Part shown: one piece after another, positions 1 through 10,473 of the stretch | Layout of the letters: each line of letters begins with the position of its first letter | Numbering within the stretch: position 1 is the first letter of the stretch | Source: a bacterium | GTDB lineage: Bacteria > Fidelibacterota > Fidelibacteria > Fidelibacterales > Fidelibacteraceae | Assembly (NCBI GenBank): GCA_963676395.1 | Contig: OY781066.1 | Coordinates: 1,120,001-1,184,000 of the forward strand | Reading direction: 5' to 3' | Length of the DNA stretch: 64,000 nt | Notes under the pieces: model-generated | The model's database searches: none | What the model saw: the letters and a program-made list of their open reading frames with translations, nothing else | Told to the model about the DNA's origin: nothing | Program-made: the position numbers and the translations under genes

Positions 1-653
1 TTGGCGTTGTTATGAGCAACATTCACCAGATCTTTGTAGAGCGGAAATTCTTTGGGAGCGGCCACGGTGACATCCATGCCATAACGAGGAAAAAGTAAAA
101 TTTGTGTCAGCGGTACGGATAAAGGTTTCGCATGCGAGGTGGCATAAGCCCAGGAAATCGTGATTTTGATATCTTTGAGTTCTTTACCAAAATATTCTTG
201 AATGGTCATCAGATCTGCCAATCCCTGCATGGGATGATAAAGGTCATCCTGCAATGACATGATAGGGATGCGTGAGTTATCGGCTAACTCGTTCAAATAC
301 TTATTTCCGATTCCGTAAAAGCAATTACGGCAGGCAATGCCGTGTCCCATTCTTGATAACACCATGGCGGTATCGCGAGCCGATTCACCGTGCGACAGCT
401 GCATCTTGTCGGGTGTCAGGTCATGCGCATGGCCGCCTAACTGAGTCATACCGGCTTCCATGGAATTACGAGTACGAGTGGATTGCTCAAAGAACATCAT
501 GAATAAAGTTTTATCTCGTAGCATGCGATGCGGTGTCCATTTATAATATTTCTTTTTGAGTGATCCCGCCAATTTTAGTGCATGATCGATCTCTTCTTTT
601 TTCCAATCTTGAAGGGTAATAAAATGTTTACCTTTAAAATCTTTGTTCTTCAT
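1..653 (-). CDS. ygeW: YgeW-like (knotted) carbamoyltransferase; 3' end runs off the window
   Basis: Not in the ORF track. Manual translation from ATG at 653 gives MKNKDFKGKHFITLQDW...FFEQSTRTRNS...HPMQGLADL...ISWAYATSHAKPLSVP. STRTR and HPxQ are transcarbamylase motifs and WAYxxSxxKPLSVP is YgeW-like. Directly follows ygeY. Confidence 0.75.
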   Translation of the reverse strand, partial: MKNKDFKGKHFITLQDWKKEEIDHALKLAGSLKKKYYKWTPHRMLRDKTLFMMFFEQSTRTRNSMEAGMTQLGGHAHDLTPDKMQLSHGESARDTAMVLSRMGHGIACRNCFYGIGNKYLNELADNSRIPIMSLQDDLYHPMQGLADLMTIQEYFGKELKDIKITISWAYATSHAKPLSVPLTQILLFPRYGMDVTVAAPKEFPLYKDLVNVAHNNA

Positions 654-668
654 TGAATATCCTTTTAT

Positions 669-1865
669 CTACAATTGTTTTTCTTCTAATACATAAGGTA
701 ACGCGGCATAAAATGCGCTGCATTTTTCTAAATGCTCTACCGGCACCTTTTCGTTGGGGGCGTGTGCCATTACTTCGTTACCCGGACCAAAGCCAATACA
801 AGGTATCTTATGTTGTCCGCAAAGCGCTACGCCATTGGTGGAGAAAGTCCATTTGTCAATGCGCGCATCTTCGTCAAACAAGGCTACATGCGCTTTTACA
901 CCGGCTTGCACTAGGGGATGATCTTCGGGGATCTTCCATGTGGGGAAATATTTTTCTTGTTTGAAAATTTTGCCGGTATAACTTTCGCGAGCATAAACAG
1001 GCACACTGACAACAGAGTCATCACCCAATAAATTTTGTACTTCAGCCACGGCAGATTCTTTGGTTTCACCCCAGGTTAATCGGCGGTCGATATGCATAAA
1101 AGCTTTATCGGGCACGGCGCAAAGCGAAGGTGATTCAGTATTTAATACCGTGGGAGCAATACTACCTTTTCCAAGAAATTCATCATCTTTTAACACTTCA
1201 TGCAATTTTTCAATTTTTAACGCTGTGCGTGCTGAGGAATAAATTACATTCTTACCACGTTCGGGAGCGGAACCGTGGCAGGATAATCCGGTGACATGGA
1301 TTTCCATTTCCATACGACCGCGGTGTCCGCGATACAATCCCAAATTGGTCGGTTCTGTGATCACAGCCAAATCGGGAACCAATTTTTCTTCTTCGATCAA
1401 ATATAACCAGCACATGCCGTCACAGTCTTCTTCCATAACGGTAAAAGTAAAATATATAGAGTAATCGCCATCGTAATTCATTTCTGTTAAAATACGAGCC
1501 GCTGTCACCATCGAAGCCGCGCCGCCTTCTTGATCGACCGTACCGCGTCCATGCACATAATCATCTTTAATTAATCCCGAAAAAGGAGGTATATCCCACT
1601 GATCAACATCGCCTGTATCAACGGTATCAATATGCGCATCAAAGGCCAAAACCTTAGGGCCCTTCCCTACGCGTGCAATCAAGTTACCCAATCCATCAAT
1701 GCGAACATCCTTCACACCGGCAGTTTCAAGTTGCTCTTTTATTTTTAATACAACATCTTTTTCTCCGGCTGATAATGATGGGATCTTTACCATCTCCGAT
1801 AGACATTCCGCAGAGTAGTCGCGGTAGTCTTTTGCCATTTTTCTAATTTCTTTAATTTTTTTCAA
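669..1865 (-). CDS. ygeY: YgeY family M20 metallohydrolase
   Basis: DAHIDTV, GRGTVDQEGG, VMEEDCDG, GHRGRME, DRRLT, KWTFSTNG and HAPNE motifs; purine-catabolism cluster context. Confidence 0.9.
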   Translation of the reverse strand: MKKIKEIRKMAKDYRDYSAECLSEMVKIPSLSAGEKDVVLKIKEQLETAGVKDVRIDGLGNLIARVGKGPKVLAFDAHIDTVDTGDVDQWDIPPFSGLIKDDYVHGRGTVDQEGGAASMVTAARILTEMNYDGDYSIYFTFTVMEEDCDGMCWLYLIEEEKLVPDLAVITEPTNLGLYRGHRGRMEMEIHVTGLSCHGSAPERGKNVIYSSARTALKIEKLHEVLKDDEFLGKGSIAPTVLNTESPSLCAVPDKAFMHIDRRLTWGETKESAVAEVQNLLGDDSVVSVPVYARESYTGKIFKQEKYFPTWKIPEDHPLVQAGVKAHVALFDEDARIDKWTFSTNGVALCGQHKIPCIGFGPGNEVMAHAPNEKVPVEHLEKCSAFYAALPYVLEEKQL

Positions 1866-1883
1866 TCTTGACCTCTACGATCT

Positions 1884-4800
1884 TTATTTTGTGACATTTT
1901 CTATGGCATCACGCATCACGCACATATCCACCACGCGATGCAGTGATATATCACCGACCCAATGATTCATTATTTCAACATCTTTTATTTGATAATCTTT
2001 ATCTAGTGTGATCCTGTAGTTGTCTGTAGAAAGCTTTAGCTCGTCAGCTTTCACTTCCAAACAATACACATCACCGTTTTCTTTGTACAGAATATGATCC
2101 GGTTTGCTCCAATACCCTTTATCCAAAGAATAAAAACTCTTTTCGCAAAGTGCGATATTCGGTTTGTCCGCAAAGGGACGACCGATACTCGGACAAAAAG
2201 TCGTACAGTTTCCACATTCGTTACAGTAGTCTGCAATATTTAAAATCTGATAACTTTGCTCAATAATAAAATCTTTATCTTGCTCAATCTTATAACCATC
2301 TTTATCCACAAGTACTTTACTCATCTCCTTACGAAAAGGAATAATTTCGTAGCCGGCATTGGCACGATTGGGACAAACCGTAATACAGATATCACAAACC
2401 TCATCACAATTCAAACAGCGTGCGGCTTCGATCTCTACCTCCCAATCTTCCATAGGCAGATCGACCAGCTCTTTTAATCCGCGTTTCTCCAAAGGAATAG
2501 TCCGCACTTCAACGTGTGGGATCACATGCGATAATTTTTGCGCATGTTTTTCACGCGTCCGTTTGATTCGCTCAATATTTTTATGTACCGGCTTTACACC
2601 CGATATTCTGGAAATGATCTCCAAGGCAACATCCTTACCATCGGCAATGGCTTTAATCAAAAAAGATGCTCCCCGGTGGGCATCACCGCCGATAAAGACA
2701 TTATCCATTTGTGTTTCGAAGCTATACTTGCTTCCCAATTCGTCATCGGATGCAAAATCAATATCTAGATCTTGACCAAAAGCCGGAATAACGGCATCAG
2801 CCTCTATCGTGAAGTCTTTACCGGGAATAATCATCGGTTTTGGACGACCACCCTGCTCATCTTTTTTCAGCTCCATTGTATGGCATACAAGCGCCGTGAC
2901 TTTTCCATCTTTGGAAATGACTTTTGCCGGCGATGCCAATTCAATTAACTTAACGCCCTCTTCCAAGGCGGCTTCAATTTCATCATAATCCGCCGGCATT
3001 TCATACTTGGTACGACGGTAAACAATGGTCACGCGGGCATCTTTGCTTGCCAGTCGCTTCACGGTCCGGCATACATCCATAGCGGTATTCCCACCACCCA
3101 AAATCAAAATATTCTCACCCAATTCGGGAGCGTTTCCCCTTCGTACTGCGGCAAGAAATTCCAAAGGATCCATCATGCCATGAACATGTTCACTACCCGG
3201 AATATTTGCATCGGATGACTTTTGTGCGCCTGCAGCAATATATACATAATCCGAGCCCTGTCGCAATTCGGTAAATTTCGCTTCATCGATCTTAGTATTC
3301 AAATGCACTTTCACACCGGTATCGAGAATGTTCTTGAGATCAAAATCCAGTGCTTCTTTCGATAATCTAAATTCCGGAATAGCCGAGGCCAACATACCGC
3401 CAATCTCGGATTTTGATTCATAAATATCAACATGACAACCGGCGAGTTGTAAATAGTAAGCACAGGACAAACCCGAAGGTCCGGCACCAATGATACTGAT
3501 CTTTTTATCGTTGTCATTTCCCGTATGCAGGATCTTGAGCTGACCGCTATTCTCTGCGATGAATCGCTTAATATCACGAATACGTAATGCGGAATCGTAG
3601 TTGATGCGCGTACACGTATCCTGACAAGAATGGTCGCAGATCATTCCGGTCGAAATGGGAAATGGATTCGTTTCGAGGATCGTTTTTAATGCCTTGAACC
3701 TGGAATTACTGTGAGCAAAATCCAGATACGCAGGAATATTTTGATGTGTGGGACACGTATGGGTACACGGTGCGAAGGTGCAATCGTATGGACCCAAGAG
3801 ATGATCCGTCTTAATGCTTTTGGGCTTATGGTGATATATGGTATCTTTCTTGACCTGCTCGGCATAAGTCGCCAAATGCCTATTATGGCCATCCTTTGGC
3901 CATGTGTCGATATTTTCAAGATACTGCAAAAGACGTGTATAGCCGCCAGGTCGTAACACATCGGAACAAACCGTTACGGGATTTAAACCACAGCTTAGAA
4001 CATTCATTACATTGTTGGCATTCACACCACCGCAAAAGGAAATAGCCAACTCAGGGAAAACATTACGTAACTTTGCCGCCACATTGATAGAGATAGGATG
4101 TAGGGCTTTACCGCTCATGTACATGGATTCCTCGGAAAAAACATGCTTGTGATTCACCGATTCCAGCGTGTTGGTTAACTTGATGCCAAAGAACAAGCCT
4201 TCCGCATCTCCGGTGTTTTGCAAAGAACGGATCAGATCGCAAGCGGCATCGAATTTAATATCATGTTCAAATGCCACATCGGGAACCGTGGTATCGTAAC
4301 CCATGGTTTTATTCAGGATCTCGTTGATCTCATCTTGACCCAACAGTGTGGGATTGAGCTTAATAAATGTATGGAGTTTTTTCTCGGTGAGTAAATATTG
4401 ACCAATGGTTTCTATCTCATCTGCGGGACAGCCGTGCATAGTGGATAAGGTAATATTGTTCGATATCATATTCGGAATCTCAATATGATCAATGTCAGGA
4501 TAGATGTCGCGGATCTCATCGATCATGGCGGCTTTCTCAACCGAACAATCATTCATTTTAGAAAAGAACCACTGAACATTATCATTCAGGATGCCCTTCA
4601 TATCGTAACCCACACTCATGTTAAATACGGTTCCAAGATCTTGCGAGTAATTTAATTCTTTGCGAAGAATATGAATGATGATCCACGCTTTCAGGTATTC
4701 TTTAAAAGATTGTTTTATCTTTAGCTCCTGCGACCACTCGCAGTTGTAACCTTCATCTGAGATATCAATACAGGGTTTTGATACCTCGATCTCGTCAAGA

Positions 4801-5063
4801 GTTTGCACGGTTTTTAATTCTATATAGCGTGCTCCGCACAACCAACCGGCAATAATATTCTGTGCCATCTGCGTATGAGGACCGGCAGCCAATCCAATGG
4901 GTGTTTCCAGATCCTGACCAAAGATCTGAGTCTTAAACACATCATTTGCGCTTGGCGTAAAAAACAAACTCCGATAAACACCAAAGATATTCCCTTTGTT
5001 TAAAGAGGATAAAACACCTTCAAGAAGAGGTTTGATCGCATGGGGATACATCATATCACGCAT
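1884..5063 (-). CDS. ygfK: YgfK family Fe-S flavo-oxidoreductase (often annotated putative selenate reductase)
   Basis: GLAAGPHTQMAQN, STMHGCP, KLNPTLLG, GIKLTNT, GAGPSG, GGGNTAMD, C-terminal CxxCxxCxxxCP ferredoxin motifs. Start placed at ATG 5063 (GAGG RBS); the track starts at 5075. Confidence 0.9.
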   Translation of the reverse strand: MRDMMYPHAIKPLLEGVLSSLNKGNIFGVYRSLFFTPSANDVFKTQIFGQDLETPIGLAAGPHTQMAQNIIAGWLCGARYIELKTVQTLDEIEVSKPCIDISDEGYNCEWSQELKIKQSFKEYLKAWIIIHILRKELNYSQDLGTVFNMSVGYDMKGILNDNVQWFFSKMNDCSVEKAAMIDEIRDIYPDIDHIEIPNMISNNITLSTMHGCPADEIETIGQYLLTEKKLHTFIKLNPTLLGQDEINEILNKTMGYDTTVPDVAFEHDIKFDAACDLIRSLQNTGDAEGLFFGIKLTNTLESVNHKHVFSEESMYMSGKALHPISINVAAKLRNVFPELAISFCGGVNANNVMNVLSCGLNPVTVCSDVLRPGGYTRLLQYLENIDTWPKDGHNRHLATYAEQVKKDTIYHHKPKSIKTDHLLGPYDCTFAPCTHTCPTHQNIPAYLDFAHSNSRFKALKTILETNPFPISTGMICDHSCQDTCTRINYDSALRIRDIKRFIAENSGQLKILHTGNDNDKKISIIGAGPSGLSCAYYLQLAGCHVDIYESKSEIGGMLASAIPEFRLSKEALDFDLKNILDTGVKVHLNTKIDEAKFTELRQGSDYVYIAAGAQKSSDANIPGSEHVHGMMDPLEFLAAVRRGNAPELGENILILGGGNTAMDVCRTVKRLASKDARVTIVYRRTKYEMPADYDEIEAALEEGVKLIELASPAKVISKDGKVTALVCHTMELKKDEQGGRPKPMIIPGKDFTIEADAVIPAFGQDLDIDFASDDELGSKYSFETQMDNVFIGGDAHRGASFLIKAIADGKDVALEIISRISGVKPVHKNIERIKRTREKHAQKLSHVIPHVEVRTIPLEKRGLKELVDLPMEDWEVEIEAARCLNCDEVCDICITVCPNRANAGYEIIPFRKEMSKVLVDKDGYKIEQDKDFIIEQSYQILNIADYCNECGNCTTFCPSIGRPFADKPNIALCEKSFYSLDKGYWSKPDHILYKENGDVYCLEVKADELKLSTDNYRITLDKDYQIKDVEIMNHWVGDISLHRVVDMCVMRDAIENVTK

Positions 5064-6330
5064 AATAGGCCTCATGTAATTTTTTAACGGCTTTTTTAAT
5101 ATCTGTATTCATTTCTTTTTCATTCACGGTCTTTATTTCATTGTTGGCAAAAATGATCTTTCCTTCGGAAACGGTCATATACATTTCCTTACCCTGAACC
5201 CCGAACATGAGATGATAAAACAGGTTGCCTAAATTCAAGGGTGTTACCGGCCGATAATTGGTGATCGCCAGATCGGCCGTACTGCCTTCTTGCAAGGTGC
5301 CGCTATTGGGGATGTATGATGCAACCATATCCGCAGCATTCTGGAACAGCACCCTATTTGCATCGGGAATATTGGCATGTCTCAGTAGAAAGTGCGAACG
5401 CATAGTACCAAGAATATTGCCCGTCATACCATCGGTTCCCAGTACATAGTCGTGGATCTTTTCCATGTCCATCACACCCACATTGTTATTGGCATTTGAT
5501 TCCGGATTGGAAATAACCCTGGGTTGAATTTCGTTTAACAATTTATAATCCTTACCGGAAAGATGAATACAATGTGCCAGCAATGAGTTTTTATCCAGCA
5601 AACCGAATTTATTCAATCGGTCCACCGGACCGGCATAGCCCAATCGACGGCAATAATCAAAATCCGCCGCATCTTCACCGCAGTGAATGTGGATAGGCAA
5701 TTCAACCGGTTTTTCTTTGGCGATAAGAGCCATACTTTCTTCACTCAGGGTAAAATTTGCGTGCATACCAAGCAGTCCCCTAAGGGTATCGCTCTCCCGA
5801 TTGACTTTCCAAAAATTGATATTCTCTTTAATCTGTTCTTTTAATGATACCTCACCCATACGATCGGAGATCTCATAACAAAGCACACCTTTGACCCCGA
5901 TCTCTTTGAAAGCTTTCGCAATAATATCCAGAGATCCACTCACGGCATTCATGGACGCATGATGGTCGATAACGGTAGTGACTCCATAGCGTACGGACTG
6001 CATTAAGCCATTGACCGCGGAATAATAAATAGATTCCCCATCTAAAGTTTTATCAAGATGCCACCAAAGGTTATCCAGTATTTCCTGAAAATTGCGAGTT
6101 GGTCCAATAGGTGCCAAACCCGTCGCCAAAGCCGAATAAAGATGATGATGCGGATTTAACAAACCCGGCAGAACCAATCTCCCGCCAAGATCAACCGTTT
6201 CAATATTTCTTTTTCCAAGTCCTTCGCCAATCTTTAAAATTTTATTGTCTTTGATCTCGATATCGCAGTTTTCCTGCAAGAAAGATTGACCGTCGGTGAC
6301 GGTTGCATTGCATAAAATATAATGACTCAT
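5056..6330 (-). CDS. ssnA: SsnA-like amidohydrolase (putative aminohydrolase)
   Basis: PGLLNPHHHLYS, GVTTVIDHHAS, LCYEISDR, HIHCGE, LAHCIH, NPESNANN, LGTDG; adjacent to ygfK. Confidence 0.8.
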   Translation of the reverse strand: MSHYILCNATVTDGQSFLQENCDIEIKDNKILKIGEGLGKRNIETVDLGGRLVLPGLLNPHHHLYSALATGLAPIGPTRNFQEILDNLWWHLDKTLDGESIYYSAVNGLMQSVRYGVTTVIDHHASMNAVSGSLDIIAKAFKEIGVKGVLCYEISDRMGEVSLKEQIKENINFWKVNRESDTLRGLLGMHANFTLSEESMALIAKEKPVELPIHIHCGEDAADFDYCRRLGYAGPVDRLNKFGLLDKNSLLAHCIHLSGKDYKLLNEIQPRVISNPESNANNNVGVMDMEKIHDYVLGTDGMTGNILGTMRSHFLLRHANIPDANRVLFQNAADMVASYIPNSGTLQEGSTADLAITNYRPVTPLNLGNLFYHLMFGVQGKEMYMTVSEGKIIFANNEIKTVNEKEMNTDIKKAVKKLHEAYYA

Positions 6331-6331
6331 C

Positions 6332-7681
6332 TTAAGCTCCGCCCTTTTGGGGTTTTATAAATTGTCCATATCCGGGTTTGGTGGTAATGCCTTTTTGATA
6401 ATCGTAAACAAATTCACCGCGAACCATGGTCTTAATTACCCGACCTGCAAACACAGTATTCTCGAAGGGTGTGGTTTTTCCCTTAGATAAAAATTCCTCA
6501 CCTCTAACGGTCCAGGTCATTGCCGGATCAACAAAAATCAAATCGGCATCTTTGCCTACTTCGATGGATCCTTTTCGATCCCAAATATGATATCGTTTTG
6601 CGGCATTTTCTGCCGTGACTGCCAATAATCTGCTCAATGACATCTTACGCTTGATCAATCCCCCGGAATACATATATGGAAAAATACTTCCACTGCCGGG
6701 GATGCCGGAATAATCGGTCCAAGCCGATCCGGTATTCTTTTGTGCTTTGGGTGCGGGTGCATGATCGGAAGCAATAAAATCCAAATCGCCTTCTATCAAC
6801 GCTTTCCACAATATTTCCGCGTTACCTTTTGATTTTACAACAGGTACAGTTTTCAGCGCAGCACCCATACGCTTAAGATCTTCATTGGAAAATTCCAAAT
6901 AATGTGGGCAAGTCTCACCACTGACATGCGTTTCCTTACCAATTAGCAGCGCCGCTTCTCCGGTTCCCACATGTACAATATGTAAGTCCGCACCAATAAC
7001 TTTTGCCATAGCGATAGCTTTTTTTACAGCAGATGTTTCGACCACCTCAGGACGAGAGCGGTAAAAGTTTATCCAGTTCTTACCCTTAGCTTTTTCTTCG
7101 ACTGTAAGTTTATTCACCATCTCAGGATCTTCGGCGTGCAATAAAACCGGGCGACCCAATTTTCTTGCCTCTGCCAAAACCATTTTAAATTGTTCAGAAC
7201 TTACAGCTCCAAAACTCTCCATACCGGAGATGAAATAAGTTTTAAAACCCATGACAAAATCCGCGAGCTCGGCCATGCTTTTTTCATAGTCGCCATCAAA
7301 CACTTGACTCGACACACCACCATGAAAACCAAAATCGATCACCGCGCGCCTGGACACCATAGCTAGCTTCGCGTTCAGGTTCGCCAAAGTAGTCACCGGC
7401 GGGATTGATGTGCATGGCATATCGATAATGGTTGTTACACCACCCGAAGCGGCACAGGCACAGCCGTGATAAAAGTCTTCCCTTTCGGTGAAACCGGGTT
7501 CATTAAAATGAACATGCGCATCGATCGCCCCGGGGAAAACTTGCAATCCAGATGCATCAAAGATATCCGGACCATCCAAATTTTCTCCTATATAGACAAG
7601 TTTCCCCTGATCTATTGCTATATCAAGGGAAATTAGTTCATTGCTTCCGGGCAATGCGATTTCACAATTTTTTATTATCAT
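6332..7681 (-). CDS. allB: Allantoinase/dihydroorotase-family cyclic amidohydrolase
   Basis: PGAIDAHVHFNEPG, GGVTTIIDMP, LLHAED, ETCPHYL, IASDHAP, KGSIEVGKDAD. Confidence 0.7.
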   Translation of the reverse strand: MIIKNCEIALPGSNELISLDIAIDQGKLVYIGENLDGPDIFDASGLQVFPGAIDAHVHFNEPGFTEREDFYHGCACAASGGVTTIIDMPCTSIPPVTTLANLNAKLAMVSRRAVIDFGFHGGVSSQVFDGDYEKSMAELADFVMGFKTYFISGMESFGAVSSEQFKMVLAEARKLGRPVLLHAEDPEMVNKLTVEEKAKGKNWINFYRSRPEVVETSAVKKAIAMAKVIGADLHIVHVGTGEAALLIGKETHVSGETCPHYLEFSNEDLKRMGAALKTVPVVKSKGNAEILWKALIEGDLDFIASDHAPAPKAQKNTGSAWTDYSGIPGSGSIFPYMYSGGLIKRKMSLSRLLAVTAENAAKRYHIWDRKGSIEVGKDADLIFVDPAMTWTVRGEEFLSKGKTTPFENTVFAGRVIKTMVRGEFVYDYQKGITTKPGYGQFIKPQKGGA

Positions 7682-9999
7682 GTTTTCTGTTTTTGCATTG
7701 CCCTGTAGACTTTCTCGGGTGTAAAGGGTGCTCCGACCATTCTTACCCCCACAGCATCATAAATGGCATTTGCAATGGCGGGCATAGGACCGTTGATGCC
7801 AATCTCGGAAACCGATTTGGCGCCATAGGGACCGGAGTCCTCATGTGATTCTACAACAAAGCTCTTCATCTTAGGTATATCTGCCGCCGTCGGGATCTTG
7901 TAGGATTTAAATCCTTTATTCAAAAGATTACCCTTGGCGGAGAAAATATATTCTTCGGTCATAGCATAGGCAATTCCGTTCACGGTAGCACCTTCGACCT
8001 GACCTTCGGCCAGCTGCGGGTTAATGGCTTGTCCGCAATCCACCGCCGATACAAATTCCAAAACTTTCACCTGACCCGTTTTGGTATCCACTTCCACTTC
8101 GGCAGCCTGACACATAAAGGGTGGCGGTGATTGTTCAACAATTTCCGAGGCCTCAGCCTGGATTTGGAATTGATTATGATCATACAAAGCGTAGCAACAT
8201 ATTTCGCCGTAACTTTTAGATATTTTTTGTCTTTTATCATAGACTACCGAATTCTCGGTAAAGAGGTCTTCGAGCTTCGCATCCATCATTTCTGCGGCAA
8301 CGCCAAGGATTTGATCTTTAACCTTAAGGGCACATTTCTTAACGGCCCGACCGGAAAGATAGGTCGTTGATGAAGCATATGCTCCCACATCAAAAGGTGT
8401 GCGATCGGTATCCGATGAATAAACTATGATCTTACTCAGCGGAATGTCTAGAGCCTCGGCCGCGATCTGGGCAAGAATGGTGTCCGAGCCTGTGCCAATA
8501 TCTGTGGCACCAATATTCATATTAAAGGAACCGTCTTCATTCATTTTCATATAAGCGGCCGCCATATCAACAAGTGGAATGGCCGAACCTTGCATTGATA
8601 CCGCCAATCCAACACCACGCACTTTATCACCGTTTGTGATCTTCTTATTATATTTATTGTACCAATCGATCTCTTTCACACAGATATCGATACATTCATC
8701 CAATTTACAGGAATTGACCACCTGAGGAACACCATCTTTTCCTTCACCCAATGCTTCGAAAACACCGGAGGTCTCACCGACCTGAATATGATATTTTTTA
8801 ATATATTCCGGCAGATCCAACTCAAGTCTACGCGTGATCATATCCAAATGCTGATTCAAGGCAAAATAACCCTGCGTAGCACCATAACCGCGATATGCAC
8901 CACCAACGGGCAGATTGGTATAGACAGAACGGCCCAGAAAGTGCATGTTCTCAATTTTGTTAAACAACGGTAATACCTTAGAACCGCAGTTAGATAACAC
9001 GGTTAAAGCATGCGAGCCGTAAGCACCGGAATTCAAAAGCGAATCCATTTCAAGGAAAGTGATCTCGCCGGTATTCTTTACGCCGGTTCTAAGACGAACA
9101 CGAATAGGATGGCGGGTACGGGAATTTTGAAATACTTCCGCACGCGAGATAACCAGTCGGGCCGGTCGCTTATGCCTAAGCGTTACCAATGAAGCTAAAG
9201 GCTCCAAAAATACTTCCTGCTTGGAACCAAAACCGCCACCGATACGCGGTTTGATCACACGAATTTTAGATAGCGGATAATCAATGGCCTGGGCCACAAT
9301 ACGGCGCACATGAAAAGGGACCTGAGTTGATGAAATAATCACCAATCGACCTTGCTCATCGAACATGGTTTTAACAGAATGCGGTTCAATGGCGCAATGC
9401 TGACCGTAGTGAGCATTGTAAGTTTCATCGATAACAAAGTCAGCTTCTTCTTCACCCTTCTTGATATCACCAAAGGCAATATCCACTTCGGCAGCCAAAT
9501 TCTTTTCGGGTTCGTATTTTGCACCAATAGGATAAGCATGGGAAGCATCGTGCAATTTGGGAGAATCTGGATCCATGGCTTTTTCCGCATCGAGAAGCGG
9601 TTCCATGACCTTGTACTTTACCTCAAGCATTTTTGCCGCCATGTGGGCTGTCTTGCGATCCTCAGCCACGATCATAGCAACGCGGTCGCCCACAAATCGC
9701 ATGGTGGTATCAAAGATCAAACAATCATAAGGAGACGGCTCAGGGAATCCTTGTCCCGCCGAAGTATGCAAAATTTGCTTTACATTCTTGTAATGCAGCA
9801 CATCCACCACACCTTCCACGGCACGAGCCTTGGAATCGTCGATATCCAAAATTTCGGCATAGGCGTGAGGGGAATACGCTAACTTACAATAGAGTGCATT
9901 CTTGATCTCGAAATCATCGACATACTTGGCTGAGCCGGTCGCAAGCGATAAAGCATCGACCTTTTTCTCAGGCTTACCTACGGTAGTATATTTTTTCAT
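7678..9999 (-). CDS. xdhD: Xanthine dehydrogenase family molybdopterin-binding subunit (XdhD-like)
   Basis: STQVPFH, KPRIGGGFGSKQE, YRGYGATQG, DIGTGSDT, AYASSTTY, GQVEG, GPYGAKSVSE. Confidence 0.85.
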   Translation of the reverse strand: MKKYTTVGKPEKKVDALSLATGSAKYVDDFEIKNALYCKLAYSPHAYAEILDIDDSKARAVEGVVDVLHYKNVKQILHTSAGQGFPEPSPYDCLIFDTTMRFVGDRVAMIVAEDRKTAHMAAKMLEVKYKVMEPLLDAEKAMDPDSPKLHDASHAYPIGAKYEPEKNLAAEVDIAFGDIKKGEEEADFVIDETYNAHYGQHCAIEPHSVKTMFDEQGRLVIISSTQVPFHVRRIVAQAIDYPLSKIRVIKPRIGGGFGSKQEVFLEPLASLVTLRHKRPARLVISRAEVFQNSRTRHPIRVRLRTGVKNTGEITFLEMDSLLNSGAYGSHALTVLSNCGSKVLPLFNKIENMHFLGRSVYTNLPVGGAYRGYGATQGYFALNQHLDMITRRLELDLPEYIKKYHIQVGETSGVFEALGEGKDGVPQVVNSCKLDECIDICVKEIDWYNKYNKKITNGDKVRGVGLAVSMQGSAIPLVDMAAAYMKMNEDGSFNMNIGATDIGTGSDTILAQIAAEALDIPLSKIIVYSSDTDRTPFDVGAYASSTTYLSGRAVKKCALKVKDQILGVAAEMMDAKLEDLFTENSVVYDKRQKISKSYGEICCYALYDHNQFQIQAEASEIVEQSPPPFMCQAAEVEVDTKTGQVKVLEFVSAVDCGQAINPQLAEGQVEGATVNGIAYAMTEEYIFSAKGNLLNKGFKSYKIPTAADIPKMKSFVVESHEDSGPYGAKSVSEIGINGPMPAIANAIYDAVGVRMVGAPFTPEKVYRAMQKQKT

Positions 10000-10005
10000 A
10001 ATGTT

Positions 10006-10473
10006 TTACTTTTTTTGAAGTCGTTTTGCCGCCAGCATGACCGCTTCCACGATCTTGACATAGCCGGTACAACGGCACAAATTTCCATCCATAGCCTTTG
10101 TTGCTTCGTCCTCTGTAGGATGTGGATTTTCCTGCAAAAGCGCATAGGTCGCAAGTACAATACCCGGCGTACAAAAACCACACTGCACGGCGCCGCAATC
10201 CACAAAAGCTTCTTGGATCACATGCGGTTCATGCAGATCGCCGATGCCTTTTACGGTGAGCAATGTATCATCTTCGCAGACCGAGGCTGTGAACATCAGA
10301 CAAGAATTGACCGGCTTACCGTTAAGCAACACAATACAGGCACCGCACTCACCCTCTTTGCAACCGCTTTTCACTTCGGTGAAACCGGCTTTACGCAGAG
10401 TAAAAAGCAAATGCTCCTCAGGCGTAAACTCTATTTTTACGGCTTTACCGTTTACATTTAATATTGAATTCAT
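10006..10473 (-). CDS. Xanthine dehydrogenase family 2Fe-2S subunit
   Basis: KSGCKEGECGAC...NSCL and QCGFCTPG...NLCRCTGY motifs. Confidence 0.92.
   Translation of the reverse strand: MNSILNVNGKAVKIEFTPEEHLLFTLRKAGFTEVKSGCKEGECGACIVLLNGKPVNSCLMFTASVCEDDTLLTVKGIGDLHEPHVIQEAFVDCGAVQCGFCTPGIVLATYALLQENPHPTEDEATKAMDGNLCRCTGYVKIVEAVMLAAKRLQKK

Noticed and set aside
272..964. Plus-strand ORFs 272-502, 653-964 and 732-914, and the many other short antisense ORFs in the track
   Set aside because: They are antisense or nested within well-supported genes and carry no motifs.
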